The notes beneath the pieces are model-generated. The model was not told the origin of the DNA. It saw only the letters and a program-made list of their open reading frames with translations, and searched no databases. Source: Phoronis australis (lineage: Eukaryota > Animalia > Phoronida). Taken from it: DNA of 64,000 nucleotides. A program made the position numbers and the translations under genes. The DNA lies in the NCBI GenBank assembly GCA_002633005.1, contig NMRA01000011.1, forward strand, positions 1,833,275-1,897,274, read 5' to 3'. This document shows, piece by piece, positions 11,275-24,818 of the stretch; within the stretch, counting starts at the first letter, position 1; each line of letters opens with the position of its first letter.

Positions 11275-13400
11275 TATGAATTAGGACACTGAGCGATTTC
11301 AGAGACGTTATTTCGAAACAAGCTGAATTTAAGGTTATCTAAAACCTTATTCACAAAAATTAGCCATTTTTACAAAGTTCAAAAATGTCTAGCAAATATC
11401 GTATCTTTATTCTCGGGGAGCTTTAAATGCGAAATATATACCATGTAAGGAGAAAAAAGGTTTAGCAGAACCACCTTGGTACCGCACAATCACGTGGAAA
11501 TTTTGGTTACTTCTTATCTGGAGGTCAAGGTTACAGGGCTGTCACTCTAATCGAATCTCCCAAAATCAGATAAACAGCAGCTTCGTATGTACCCTCAATC
11601 CTTGCATTCACAGAGTCGCCATAAGACATAGTCAACGAGTTATACATACTATAAAACAGTGCCAGGGAAAACAAATACAAAACATAGTTTTGATCCTGAG
11701 GGAGATGTGCGTCTGCATGCATATGACCGGGGAGAACGAACGCTCCAAGTCGCTTCTGTGACTCTGTGGGCACGAACAGGGCAAGTAGTGAAAAGAGATA
11801 AATACTCACCCAAGTTCTTCAGTTTGATAGATAACTTGACATTTCGCAGTTTCGATCTCATGATAAGGACGTGCTTTAACCACCGACCCGATTTTTGTTA
11901 TCCAAATCTTACTTGGTTTTGTATCAGTCTTCCAGTGCGTGGTGTGTTTGACAATGAACTGCTGACCGATCGTTTAGGTTATCTCCAACCTTATTTAGTG
12001 GCCTCCAATCTAACTCGGATATCAAAAAATATATATCTTCTGAAAGAACTAAGACCAGGAAATATAAATATTCTTTTTGTATTTATGTGCCATTATTATT
12101 TTTACGTAAAAACCTTTTTAAGTCAAAATTTCATTTTTAAGAAAGGTACATTCATAGCAGAATAACCCCTTGGTTGATTTTAATGAAACCTTTTTTACCA
12201 GTTACCTCAAAAACGCTGTTAGGCATTTTCGATTAGTCTGTTTGTTTGGTTTCTCTGACAAATCAACTCTCAAAACGTAAGGTATTTTTGTAAAAAAATT
12301 ATTTTCTATTCGCCTTTGTAACTTTACGCAAAAATTAGGCCTTTATATCAAAAAATCCTAACAGCGTATTTGAAATTGATGACTAAATATTAAACTTTTC
12401 AGCGAAATCCATCCAACCGTTTTTGAGAACTAATGTTCCTAAGTTCAAATAAAGTCGATTTTGAAGCCGAGGAAAAAGCGGATTAAACTGGGACACGAGA
12501 AATTCTCAAAGTCTTCGGTTAATTATTCGGTGAAAACTTGTTTTCGGATAACCTATACAATCCTTAACTATGTTTGCTATTTCAACGGTCTCTCGCAATG
12601 ACAACTGATTTTGCAGTGCGTCACTAACTTCATTATCATTAAATCTCAAATAGACGTATTGTTCCGACCCAACTTTTACTGTTGTTTACGCCCTACTTTC
12701 TACGTAGGTCACAGTTCATAGCCTGTACACGTCACGTGCTGGGAGACTAATACGAAACCAAGAAAGAAATGGATTACAAGAATCGAATCGGTGGTTAATG
12801 TATGTCGTTAGCATGAGATCGAAACATCGAAATGTCAACTTATTAATTGAATTAAGGAATTAGAGTGAGGATTTATCTTTTTTCACAACTTACTTTTTGT
12901 GTTTATGACCACAGAGCCCTGAGGCTACTCGTAGCATTTCTTCCAACGCGCAACGGTCGTATGCATGTAGACGCACAATTCCCTTAGGATCAAGACTACG
13001 TTTTGTGTTCGTTTTCCCCGGCACCATTCTATCATAAGAACACTTAGATGGCTCGATGTTAAGGCGACTTTGTTAATGAAAGGACTGAGGGTATAGGAAG
13101 CTGTTCTGTACCTTGCGGTGATTCGATTTAATTGAAAACCTTTAACTTTTGAATTTGGATAAGTAGTAAACAAATATCCACGTGGTTGTGCGGTTCCAAG
13201 GTGGTATTGCTAAATATTTTTTTCACGCTACGTGGTGTATATTTTGTATTTGAAGTTCCCCGAGAAAGAAGGTAAAGGATTTTGCTAGACACAAATAAAA
13301 TATTGTAAAAATGGCCAATAATTGTGCATAAGGTTGGAGATGACCTTAAAGTCCTTATCTTAAAATGCCAATGTTGCTCCAGTATCCAAATAATTTATAA
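11275..13400. mobile_element. Non-autonomous DNA element with ~230-bp diverged TIRs
   Basis: 11275-11500 is inverted relative to 13175-13400 (agcagaaccaccttggtaccgcacaatcacgtgga vs tccacgtggttgtgcggttccaaggtggtattgct). Confidence 0.7.
11977..12700 (+). repeat. ~720-bp arm of a TTAA-type element (left copy)
   Basis: Begins ttta|ggttatctccaaccttattta; inverted homolog at 18365-19241. Confidence 0.75.
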
Positions 13401-15100
13401 ATAAAATCTAAATCTTAATTTCGATACCCTTTCGTTATATTATTTTCGTCTTTTGTGCCACAAGTGTTTTTTACCTGTGTTTGACCCTTTGCTGTGAGCA
13501 GATAATTACCGACTGTCATCGGTTATTTCCGTACACACATTTCCGGATCGTCAGTTCAGGAACTTGTTTTGAACGCCGCCACTTTTTACTTGTGACTGAA
13601 TGTGCTATCGCTTGCTCGAAAAGTTATCATTGTTTTATTTTATTAGTGATATCTCGTGATTCGTTTGTATACATACTGTATAGTTCGTAGTTAGTGGTCA
13701 TTAAAGTTTTTGGAATTTTACGCGTACTGTTAAAATAGCATTTTTGCTTAGTTCTTGTTGTAGGACGGTCGAACGTAGAAACCAATTTGAGTCGAATCAA
13801 TTTTTTTCGTTTTTATTTTTTTTTGCCTTTTGTAAAAGTACTCTCATCAGAAAGTGCATTCTACTCAGTAAAAATTGAAAAAAGTATCAAATTCGTGGCA
13901 TGCAGTGTAAAGTTATTGCAATTTTCGTTGTTAAACTTGGGTCACTTTGTTTGGATCGGGTCGGCCATCTTGGACGACAGCGGGATAAGTTACGAGTTTA
14001 AGACTTTGTGTAAATTGTTTTCGCCAACAATTTACGGTGAAATCTTTACTTACTTTTCTGAACGATTCAACAGTTTTCACCAAATTTTAGCCTCGCAGTT
14101 GTTACTTATTAAGTGATAAATGTGCTCACAATTCACGTTAGTCGTAGTCTCATTTCTGGCGGCACCGACAACAAGGCGATATTTGCTGAACTGAAAGGCA
14201 TGTTCAACTGATTACTCTGTAATTTATGAAGATTTAACGTTAATACATTTTAGCAACCGTTGTTTTTGTGAAAAAATATAAGGTATATTCGAATTATTTT
14301 ATTGCGAATTTCCCATTCAGGTGATCTTACACTAACTAAAGCTAAAAAAATAGTTGAAATAATTTTAAAATGGTTTTTTGTTTGACTGTCAACTGCTGTT
14401 CAAGGCTTACAGGTAATTAGGTGTCACAAAATGATACATATTTTTCTAAATTTTAATTGCTTTGAAGTCATGTTTTGTAACTTGTTGTTTTTTAATTCAG
14501 GTTATCAAGTTAACAACATAAAGAATCTTAATTAGAGAAATAAGCTATGTTGGATTGTGAAGCTTCAAGCCTCCAATTCTTGTTCCTTGCAACAGTTGAA
14601 AACCAAGTTCACTGGAAGTTTTTCATTTCATTGGTTCTTGCAATTCTGTCATAGAGATTGCCACCTCCACTCAAAATATAATTATCGACGTGGTTCAGAT
14701 GTAAGTTCACTTCCTTCGTACTCACTGCCTTATAAATAAATAATAATAACATTTTCTATTGGACTTGTCATACTTACGTGCTTGAACGATCCCCCTATTT
14801 GAAGATATGGAAAAAGGTCTACCTCAGTCAGAAAAGTAAGAACTCCTAAAAAAGCAGAAAACGAGACAAAAGTCCATTAGAAGGCACGAATACCAAAATT
14901 TGGCGTCTGCAATTCATAGCTCTTAACATGCCCAGTGAATCTTATAGTAAAAGGTACACATTCTCAAAAATTCGAGCCCCCTGTTTTTAGGCTTGGTGCG
15001 TTCTTGCAAAGTCTGGGCAAATCTCTCTTGAAAGCCAACAACTTTGCACAGTTCGCCAGAAAACCCCCAAGTTCTAAATAAACCGAGTTTGAGCGAGCGC

Positions 15101-17707
15101 TGATACGCCGTAAAATGTAACAATTTCGTAAAATGTAACAATTGTTACATTTCACGTCATTGTTACATTTAAGTTGCTAAGCCTCTCCTAAAATGTATCA
15201 AGTTGTTACATTTTACGTAGTTGTTACATTTCACGTCGAACGCACATGCGAGAAATGTACCATTGTTACATTTTACGAAACCCACATCATATTGCAAAGA
15301 ATATGGCCAAAATCACGATCAAGTGGTATCTGACACTGCCGGGGGGTACTGAAATATTTTTAGACGAGGAGCGGTGCCGGAAAATTTTGAATACCTACCC
15401 ATTTAGAGAGTCGGCTTATACAAAAAAGTGTCCCATTTAGAGACTAATTTGTGTAAAACCTCACATTTTCGCACACTTCTGTTCCAGAAATTCAGGAAAG
15501 GCACCTTTTGGATATAGTTTTGTCGAAAATGACACCATTTTGGAGAGCATTTTTTCTGTGAAAAAACACCCTTTTGGGCGGCACTATACATCTTGTATAG
15601 GAATGCCCTCCGGGCTGACACGACATGAATTTACTACCTTTACTAATTTTTATTAGTATTACATTACTATTACTACTGTTACTACTATCAATGCTATTAC
15701 TACTGGCACTACTATTACTCGTTATCATTTTTGTTATCCTTATTTTTATAATAATATTTTAAAAATTATTTAACGAGGACTCAAACATGTTTAGCAAAGT
15801 GCTAATACATCATGGACCTCAAAGATTTTAGAAATTATCTCATTTTCTGTTCAATGTTGTCATCGGGCTTTCAATATTGGACAGCGAGTGCTGTTACAAA
15901 ATGATTTTAAACGGGCTCCTAAGTTCAGCTTTAACGATATTGTGGGGAATGTCTTGACAGCTGTGGATGCAGAGTACGCCTACGTTTTGGAAAAGAGGAG
16001 GTTGAGATTTAAATTCTTGTTTAGGCGAGCACCAAATTCAAAAATTGATTACTTCTGACCTACATGTATCGGCAAGCACTGTATTATTTGTAAATATAAC
16101 TGTGTCCATCTGTAGCTTGCCACGAAGAACTGAATTCAGACCATAAAATTGTCTCTTGTTGATAACATTCCTTGTCAAAAACTGGGGATCGTTCAACGAT
16201 GATTTGTAAGTTCAAAATTGCATTACGTTGAACTCTGGAGGCAGACGTTTTTCGAGAACTAACTAGTCAGCTGCGGTCACCGGGTCATTAGAATAGCGGG
16301 TAACTGACACACAAGACACGCAACAATTTTATGTGGAATGGGCCCCAATATTCTTAGAAAAACAGAATGATTTGAACTAGGTTTCATTGAAAGTTGATTG
16401 TATGGAACAAAAACCGCCAACGTCGAAATCAGCGATGTTTAATTTGAGAATTTACTGTAATGCATCAAAAAGATTAAATGGCGCCTAATGAGACACGTGA
16501 AGTCACGTCAATTGATAATAGAATGTCCAAACTTTATCATTCTTTATTTGTACTTCGAACTAACGACCATTGGTCAAACAGCAATTTTAATTGATATTTT
16601 ATCTTAAAAGGTAATACAAAGAGAAACGGCATGTTTTATAGTCTGAAAGCCTGACAGTAAGCTTTTTTGAACCATTGCCCCTTTAAACTATAGATCTAGA
16701 CCAGGTATGAGCAAAATGATCAGGTCTCTTCAAAGTGCTAGGCATCCCATTTTTACATATACACGTCGCGGTTTCAGCTGTTGTTACAACCACTATCTCA
16801 GACAGGTTTGACATCATAGGAACAATGATATTTCTTTCGTCACAATGCCGCCACATTTTGAACTAATGGCTCGCCCTTCTCAAAGGCGATATTTTGCTGT
16901 TGCTTTGGCAAAATCTGTCAACCTGCCGGCAAAAAATGCGTGTTTTTTGTTTCCTTCCACCACAATGTCTTTAAGAAATTGTCATTCGTAACTAAGGTGG
17001 TGGACGGCACCCGTCGGCATCAGAAATTTTGATTGTGCTCCTTTTGTGTGAAGCAGGGTAATTACTGCATTAGCGATGACTCCAAGGCAATAAAACACTG
17101 GCCGAAATAAACCAAACTATCGTGGACTAAAACTGGTATTTTTTCTATCAAATTGGCTTCCAAAATTGAAATCTCCATGGACAAATTTGTTATCGTCGTT
17201 CTTTACCGAAGAAATACGCTAAATATTAGCCAAATATGATGTCATTGTTGTTCTTACAGAGGAAAGTGTGTTTACTGCAATGTCGGATAAAAATTGGTTT
17301 ATGAACGTCAACAAAAGAATGCAGGAACGATTTAACGATAAAAAAACTTGTTACCTCTTCCTGAAAACTCCTTTCGTGTGAAGTTGAAACTGTACGCTGT
17401 ACATTTTTTACTATACCATTAAACTACTCTTGTTCAGAAACATGGAAAGTACATCGGGACTCATCTATAAAGTGTACCTGGCACATTTGATAGAATTTTA
17501 TTCACACAATCCCAGAAAGAAGGCGTTAAGTGTGTGTGTGAACGGCTTTCCTCCGTATGACAAATACTTTGCAAACTCATGAAACTGACGTCGCTTTCGT
17601 AAAATGTAACAATGGTATATTTCTCGCATGTGCATTCGACGTAAATTGTAACAATTACATAAAATGTAACAACTATTTACGAAATCATTACATTTTACGG
17701 CGTATCA
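15101..17707. mobile_element. DNA transposon with TG...CA termini, aaaatgtaac subterminal repeats and 6-bp TSD (IS3EU-like or unclassified)
   Basis: TIR tgatacgccgtaaaatgtaa / ttacattttacggcgtatca; TSD GAGCGC at 15095-15100 and 17708-17713. Confidence 0.85.
15630..16230 (-). mobile_element. 3' end of a CR1/L2-type LINE with simple-repeat tail
   Basis: Minus strand gaggtccatgatgtattagcactttgctaaacatgtttgagtcctcgttaaataa stem-loop 3' UTR followed by a (TAA/TAG)-rich tail; decayed ORF2-end-like peptide upstream. Confidence 0.45.
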
Positions 17708-18364
17708 GAGCGCTGTGGCCAGGGACCAGGTAGGCCTAAGGGTAGCCTTGGCGCAAAGCTGTATACTAACAAGCTGTATTTTGAAGAAAGTCTTCATACT
17801 GCTAGCTGGTCGCAGCTAGCTAACGCAACTTGAGGGCTACCGCGGCAGTGTGACACAGGATTAACTACCCCGTAATTTTATGCAAGTGTCTGAAATCATG
17901 TATGTATACGGAATTTATGATTTGAACCTTTTACTTCGACAAAACAGCTTGCAACCGTATGCCTTTACCGTTCGCGAGTGTCTGGTCTCGGTCCGCACCG
18001 GATCCCTCTGGCTGCGGGCCCGAGTCCGGCAAAATATTTTCTGTCAAAATTTATTGGCCACATTTCGTCAGCAATTTCGATATAATTGTCCGTATTTTGA
18101 TTTTATTAACGTTATGGCGCGCTGTAGATTGTTTTATCCCCGTTTGTAAGCTGGTAACGGACACTGCTTCAGCCGCACAGACGGCGTATACTAAACCTGT
18201 GTACTTCCGGGTTCGCAGTACATGTAAGTTCAAAATGGCGGTGAGTTCGTCGGGTCCGAATCGTTAGTGGCGCGTTTGTTTAAACTTTATTTGATTACGG
18301 AATGTGTATTAGTTATGGGGTACGTACTTCTTGGATCCTTATAACGTCCTCTAATTACCATGTA

Positions 18365-19241
18365 ATAAGGGTTAACAACTTGTGGTTCTTGGACTTTAAG
18401 TAGCTCAACAGTTGATTCCACCTCTCGACTGAGGATGGTAAAGGGATTTAACGTTTTAGCGATAAGTAAGACAATTATGCACTTCAAATTGCGTTGACAT
18501 TGCAAGTGAATGTTGAGATAACTGAGATGGTTATGTTGACCGGAAACAAGTTTTCGACGAATAATTAACCGAACACCTTGAATTTTTTACTCGTCCCAGT
18601 ATAGTCGGCTTTTTGTCGGCTTCGGCAAATCAACTTTATTTGAACTTAGGAATACTAGTTCTCGAAAACGGCTTTGTGGATTTTGCTGAAACTTTTCAAA
18701 GTCAATATTTACTTACCAATCTCAAAAAATATGTCAGTTCTTGCGTGATGTAGGCTAATAAAGGCGAATACTACAGCTATTTTTTACAAAATGCCTTACG
18801 TTTTGAGAGTTGATTCGTCATACTGTAGAAATCACACGTAAAGACTAATCGAAACTTTCTATCAGCGTTGTTGAGGTAACTGGTGAAGATTTCATTCAAA
18901 AAGTTTCATTAAAATCGACCCAGGAGTTATTCTGGTATGAATTCACTTTCCGTAAAAAATAAAATTTTGACTTAAAAAGATGTTAATGTAATGACAATAA
19001 CAACAACAACAAAAACAACAATAACAACAGAAATAATAATATTATTATTAATAATAATAACAACAATAATGATAATAATGATAATGATAATGATAATAAT
19101 GCTACATACATGTAAATATAAACAATTTTTTATTTCCAGATATTTTTTCTTTCATAAAATATATATTTTCACTAGTTGACAAACCTTATTATTAGATATA
19201 TGACTTAGAATGAAGGGCAATAAATAAGGTTTGAGATAGCC
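18365..19241 (-). repeat. Right, inverted arm of the TTAA-type element
   Basis: Ends ggtttgagatagcc|TTAA (19242-19245); aligns by eye to 11977-12700 over its length. Confidence 0.75.
18989..19101. repeat. Compound (AAC/AAT/GAT)n microsatellite
   Basis: Directly visible; absent from the paralogous arm at ~12100. Confidence 0.9.
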
Positions 19242-19592
19242 TTAAATATTTAAGGTCCGACAAAACCGTTCCACTGTAAACTAGCTACGGTATCGCTTCG
19301 CAGTAAGCGCATATAAAACCGTTTAACCTTTAACAGGTCACGAATTTCTTGCAGGAGTTGAAGCGGCCCAACAAGACACCATCATTTACATGCAAACGCA
19401 GCAATCATTAGAGGAAAACGGTGAAACAAGTGCGTTAATAAAGTTTTCAAATAAGCATTTTGCCAACTCAAATGTACATTTTACTTATCAAATTGCTAAA
19501 AACTAATTCCTTATCTAGTAAAGGCGGTCAACCCAGATACAGCTATTAAGGCTTTCTGAGACCTGCAAGTTAGTATTTCTATTGAAAATCTG

Positions 19593-20260
19593 AGACCATC
19601 GACGAAAAGCGGTGTCTTCAGTTCCACAATCCTGGGCTTTAGCTCCTGAGGGTCCTAAAGTGCCTAAACATCTAATTAATCAAAATTTCGACTGCATCAT
19701 CTGTTTCAAGCCTGTTTCATTAAGAATGACCTCTCTGATTAAATCGATGCAACTTAAGACATGAAAATGTCTGGGGTTTATTATTTAAGGCAGCATTAAG
19801 GACTAATTAGCGATTTATTTACACTTTCAACTTAACAAACATTCCTTTTTCAAAAGAATCCATTAAGCCTGGAAACCATTTCCACAACTCAAGACGAATA
19901 GCATCAATCAAAGTTGTTGTACTTCCTTTTGTGAAGGTTCTCATATCCCTCGGGTCCAAACACCCCAGGTTTTCTTTTCCAACCCCAAGAAAATTTGCGG
20001 ACATGGTGTCCAGGGTAAATGAAATTTATTGGTTCTCAGTTCAAATTTCAAATTAATTGTAATTTGGTCGTTAATTAGTAAGTGTCTTAAATAATAACCT
20101 CAGATATTTCTTAAGTTGTATCAAATTAACTTGAGGGGATATTTTAAAGAAGCGGACTTCAGGCGGATTTTCTACTTGAAATTTTGATTAAATGGATTGG
20201 GGACACTCAGCGGCCAAGCCCAGGACTGTGCACAATAAGACGCCCTTTTTTCATTGGTAG
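19593..20260. mobile_element. MITE with ~230-bp diverged TIRs
   Basis: 19600-19825 is inverted relative to 20050-20255 (caatcctgggcttt..ctgag vs ctcagcggccaagcccaggactgtg). Confidence 0.7.
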
Positions 20261-21699
20261 GTAATTTACAATAAAATTAAACGCTCAATCCTTTTGCACT
20301 CAGTAGTGTGAATACTGTCCTCCTGGTTCTCCAGCTGTTAGTTGGAACTGTTTATATGCAAACACAGCTGGGGCTAGTGCTACACTGTAACTGTATGGAT
20401 TCAGACATGTCCTGTTAATAAATGGCATGCCTGTTGGTTTTGTGTCCCTTGCACTAACCTTAATGTGCACTGGCTTTCTTTCAGGAGTTGAAGAATTCCA
20501 GTCCGCCACTGATGTCGCTAGTACGGGAACGGAACACGTGATGACAGGAAATGGTGAGATAAACTAAGTACAATAAAGCTTTCGAATAATCTGTTGTCAA
20601 CACTGAAATTCTATAATGAAATTTTGAAGCTGTCGACATTACACGACGAAATGTTTTCACAAAATGAAAGACAAACATTTTGTAATGTAAATGTTGTCTT
20701 TTAAATGGACATTATCGGAGAGAATATGGCTTTCTGAGATCAGTCTTAGCTCGGAATCAAACCTACAACCCCTGCAGTTGCAACTAATGGGCCAGGCAGA
20801 TGGAAAAAAATTTGAAGGCGGTCGGTGCTTGAATAGCTGACTTTCAAAATATTGAAATGTACTATCTCGCCAGATGACGATCAGATCTTTGGTGGACATG
20901 CGTTCACCGCCACGGGAGGTTTCAACCTACTGGTGTAACAGCTACCATGGTTCCGGTAAATTCTCACTGCTGTAATGGCTAGAAAAGGTACTCGTCTTGA
21001 AATATCCATGGGTGCAAGTCGTTATTTTCCATACAATCCCCACTGCGAAGAATATTCCGAGCCCTGCGTTGTCAGGGCTGCCACTGATAAAGCGGGGGCC
21101 ATTTGGATCCCTGCCGATGTCAGAAAGCTAGAATGATGAGTTGACTTCTTAACCTACCTAATTAACGAGAGGGGAGGAAAGTCGCGTTTATTTCTGTTTC
21201 TTGTTTCTTTGATTATTGAACAACTGTATAGTAACGGAATTTCTGTTCAACAAATCTGTGTTGGGACCAAGCTGCAATCACTTTTGCGCTCAAATCTCAC
21301 CGTCTAGGGGGAGCCAATATGAAAAGCCTGCAATTAGTTGCGCGTGCGCAACCCACTTAGTCCTGCCCTATTGCAAGAAAAAACTGATTTGAAACTCACG
21401 ATAGCCCTCTATATGCATGTATTGTTATTCGGCTATACCTGTTTGAGGTTGAAGAAGTCCGTAGTAAATCTTTGTTCATATGCTAATGGCGCTTGATATT
21501 ATGAACAAACTTGCTCGCGGATAGCGCCCACAGCCAAGGCTGAATCCCTGGTCTGGCTATTTTACTTAACCTTCGTCACAGAAGGATCATTGATTCCTCA
21601 AATCCGGTGTGGACATCTCACGTCCACTCCTGTCCCAGTACAACAGGATCCTCCAGGACAAGTGTTCACAGCAGACGTTGCTCCTACGTACGGTGAATA

Positions 21700-22130
21700 C
21701 TGTTCGAGGGCAAAAGAAAGTTAGATGCAAGCTGAGCTATTAGCCTCAAAGGAAATTTATCTCACGTAATTAGTATCCGTAAACAACGAGGCGAAAGGCT
21801 CACTAGGCATATGTGAACTGCGTTTGTCGGAAACTGCGTAAATGTAGTAGCCAACGAGGGAGGTTTATTGTTGCCAGGTAACACGAAAATAGCGTTTTAT
21901 TGCTTACTGGAATTAATTTGCACAGTCAATAGCTCATCCTATTCGCAAGATACAATGTATGAGGATTTACGCTCCCCAGGCAAAGTACAATCCAACAAGT
22001 GAGACGTTCACTTTGCCACCTCGCGAGGCAAAATCCTCTCGGTTCATTTTGTCGCAGACGTGAGTTATGTGATGAGCTCTTTTGCGTTCGAGGTGTGTAG
22101 CTTTCCCTTTACGATGTCCTGCTATTCGGA
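21700..22130 (+). repeat. Interspersed repeat, second copy at ~37480-37915
   Basis: Shared tgaggatttacgctccc..ctttgccacctc..gttatgtgatgagctctt..ttcgagg. Confidence 0.75.
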
Positions 22131-23369
22131 GATTGTGTGATGGTGTGTCATGGCAGTAAATGACGCAATTTGGACCGTGAAATAAGAATAGACATAAACA
22201 CGCATTTCTAAAGACGTGCAGGAATTTTTACCGGTGCTCGTTCAACCTGCTTCTGAGCGACTTTCGCCAAGGAACAAAGTAGGTGTGGCGCCAGATTCGG
22301 ACGATGTGGTCAGTGACCACTGTCCAGTGCTAGCAAGACCCAATTAAGTGTAATTACCAGACCATGTACTGGAGTAAACATGTTGCCAGTACATACTTGC
22401 GAATTTCCAAAATGCATTAAGCAAATAATTTCCGTTCAAAACAAACCTTAAATACGGCGGTATTCAGCTTTGAAAAAAACAACTTAGCATGTTTTATGAA
22501 TGTTGAATACCGATGAACTAATAAGCTAAATACTTCAAATATTGGTTACGGATTTAAGATGTACGACCGTGCGTATTAATATACTCGGATGATTTATAGA
22601 CGCTGACCATAATTAGCAATGCCAGGTGTTTTATTGTTTTAGTGACTGTATCACGACAAATAGGAACAACGATGATCAAATTGGATGACAATAGCTTTTA
22701 TGACAGTGCTTTTCGCCCAGATGTGTCAAATTACTTTATTCGAGGAATATCCAGCACCCTGGCCGGAAACTATGATGTTTGGAATCAGCTGGTGATGGAA
22801 CACGTGTCGTGAAGACTAACTCTGGTTAGCTTCAAAATCCATGACAAAATTCAAACAATAGATGAGGTGGGTGGGTGGCTGAGAGCTCACTTCTAACTTG
22901 AATTCACTGACAATCAAAATCTGCCGGCACTTAAATTTTGTAAATTAAATCAAAGCTAGCCACGCTTCAGGAAACAAAACGAAGTACATTGTAGTAATAA
23001 CAATAAAACGACGAAACGGAAACATATTTAAAACCAACTGTTGTTTGGGAAATGGCCCTTGTTAAGGTTTTAGTGAATTATTTTGTAATGTGTAAAATGT
23101 CATCAAAGCCGTACTTTCGGTATTTCAAGCTGCAACTCTGTGCAAATATCAAAGAAAATCAATCATTTTGGCCGTTTAATAACAATAACCAGTGTTGAAA
23201 AAGTAGGCGTTATCGATTACATTTCCACTGTATTAGCTTGAATACCAAGGACGTGCTGAGAAGGCGTTATTAAAGTTGTTTGAGTGCTAAGGTAACGTCA
23301 GCAGTGACCAGTGTAAGCGAGAAATTTCCCACTCGGCACGTTACACACCTTGAATCAATAAGGTTTTTC

Positions 23370-23512
23370 ATTTCTCCTCTCACGCCCTTGCTAACGTTGC
23401 AATACGATGCAGTTCTGCTGATTTGTCGAATTTCAAATTTCAGGAACTGAAGTTTTCCAAAGCACTACATGTACGTCTCTGGAAATGGAGCCCGAAGAAA
23501 AAACAGGAAGCA
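23370..23512 (+). repeat. Interspersed repeat, second copy at ~44528-44662
   Basis: Shared aatacgatgc.gttc..ctgattt.tc.aatttca..tttcag.aactgaa..tctctggaaa. Confidence 0.7.
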
Positions 23513-23754
23513 TGACCGGTAATATGAGCGATAGATGCAAGTTCAAGGCATCTGCACCAAATTTCAGGAGGATAGAATGCTTAATTGGGGTTCCTTATTT
23601 ACGTTTAAATTCATATGATACAAGATAAAATGTTGAAGGCGGTCTGTGCTTGAACAGTACCCTCTCACACAGCGTCACCTATAGTGAAAAGATGCCCTGT
23701 GGAAACATGATGAACTACACACGGAATTCCGTGTGTAGCCATCAATGCACATGC

Positions 23755-24584
23755 CTTGGTCGGAAGTATGCCGATCATATCGCCACCACTTGCACACGCC
23801 TTTATGCACTGTACTTGTTTGAGTGTACGCCACGGGATCAGGGTGCCCTTGACTTTGTTTACTTTGATCACGGTCCGTTTTAATAAATTATAACTATTCA
23901 AGTCAAATGTGGTAGCCATAGGTAAGAGTAAACTGAAGGGGAAATCCAAGATTTCAACCAATGGAAATGACTGAGTGTTATGTCTTCGATTTCATTACTT
24001 TAACCACCGAGAAGCCTTGTTAAACAACATTCCACAGTGCTACCTTTTGTGGCACCGGAGAAAGAGTGTACTTGAACAGCTGATTTTTGAAATATTGAAA
24101 CGTACTCTCCCGCCAGACTGCGATCTTTGGTGGACATGCGTTCAGAACCACCTACAGATCCCTTTGGTGAAATGGATACAAACCAAAAAATGGAAGGAAA
24201 TTCTTGTTCAGTGTGTTAGTACTAACTAAATCGAATTCCCTTGACAAGTTTAAAAAACTGTCAACGTCTTACTGGTTAATTTTCGCCTCTTTTCTCCGTG
24301 CTCTAAGAACAACGAGTCAAATCGTCTCTTTTCTCCTAGCTCTAAGAACAACGAATCAAATCGTCTGTCATATTCTACTCTCCGTTTTTGACCTAACACC
24401 ATCATCAAAAGACTCAAATGCCAACCAATATGCGAATCGAATGTTTTAGCTCACAAGCACACCGCTAAGTAAAAATTGAAACGGTGGTGTAACAAGCGAA
24501 AAGTCGTAAAGAGTCGCATTTTCGAGCCAATGAGTTCTTTTTGAAGATATTCATTTGTGAGCAGTTACAGTTGACCACAGACTA
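23755..24584 (-). mobile_element. Academ-like transposon 5' fragment with RecQ helicase start
   Basis: Minus-strand terminus TAGTCTGTGGTC at 24584; peptide LKQVQCIKACASGGDMIGILPT matches the RecQ motif 0/I region (QxxxI..GxDVxxxLPTGxGKS), truncated before GKS. Confidence 0.5.
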
Positions 24585-24669
24585 TAGTACATGGACCGCC
24601 AACTCCATATATTTTCAATGGACGAAATGTGTGATCTTACGCATTATCCGTGACGTCATTATATACCCG

Positions 24670-24818
24670 GCGTGCGTTCAGTAACGCTAGGACCTACGCT
24701 AGGACCTAGCTAAAATCTAGCCAGAGTCTCATGTTTTCATTTGAAAATCACAGCAATATCTCACGTAATCTCGCGAAGTCTTGCTTTTTAGCGAGGTCCT
24801 AGCGTTACTGAACGGGAG
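24670..24818. mobile_element. Harbinger-type MITE, second copy at ~59440-59580
   Basis: TIR cgttcagtaacgctaggacct / aggtcctagcgttactgaacg; internal tctcacgtaatct.gcgaagtcttgctttttagcga shared with the second copy. Confidence 0.75.

Noticed and set aside
14501-14700. Exon-like segment with good splice sites
   Set aside because: 200 bp long, not frame-preserving, with stops; probably a TE-internal or non-coding exon.
15101-15280. CRISPR-like array of aaaatgtaac repeats
   Set aside because: Short, mixed-orientation subterminal transposon repeats without regular unique spacers, in a eukaryotic context.
18991-19179. Low-complexity T/I/M-rich ORF (and S/N-rich ORF 15492-15728)
   Set aside because: Translations of microsatellites.
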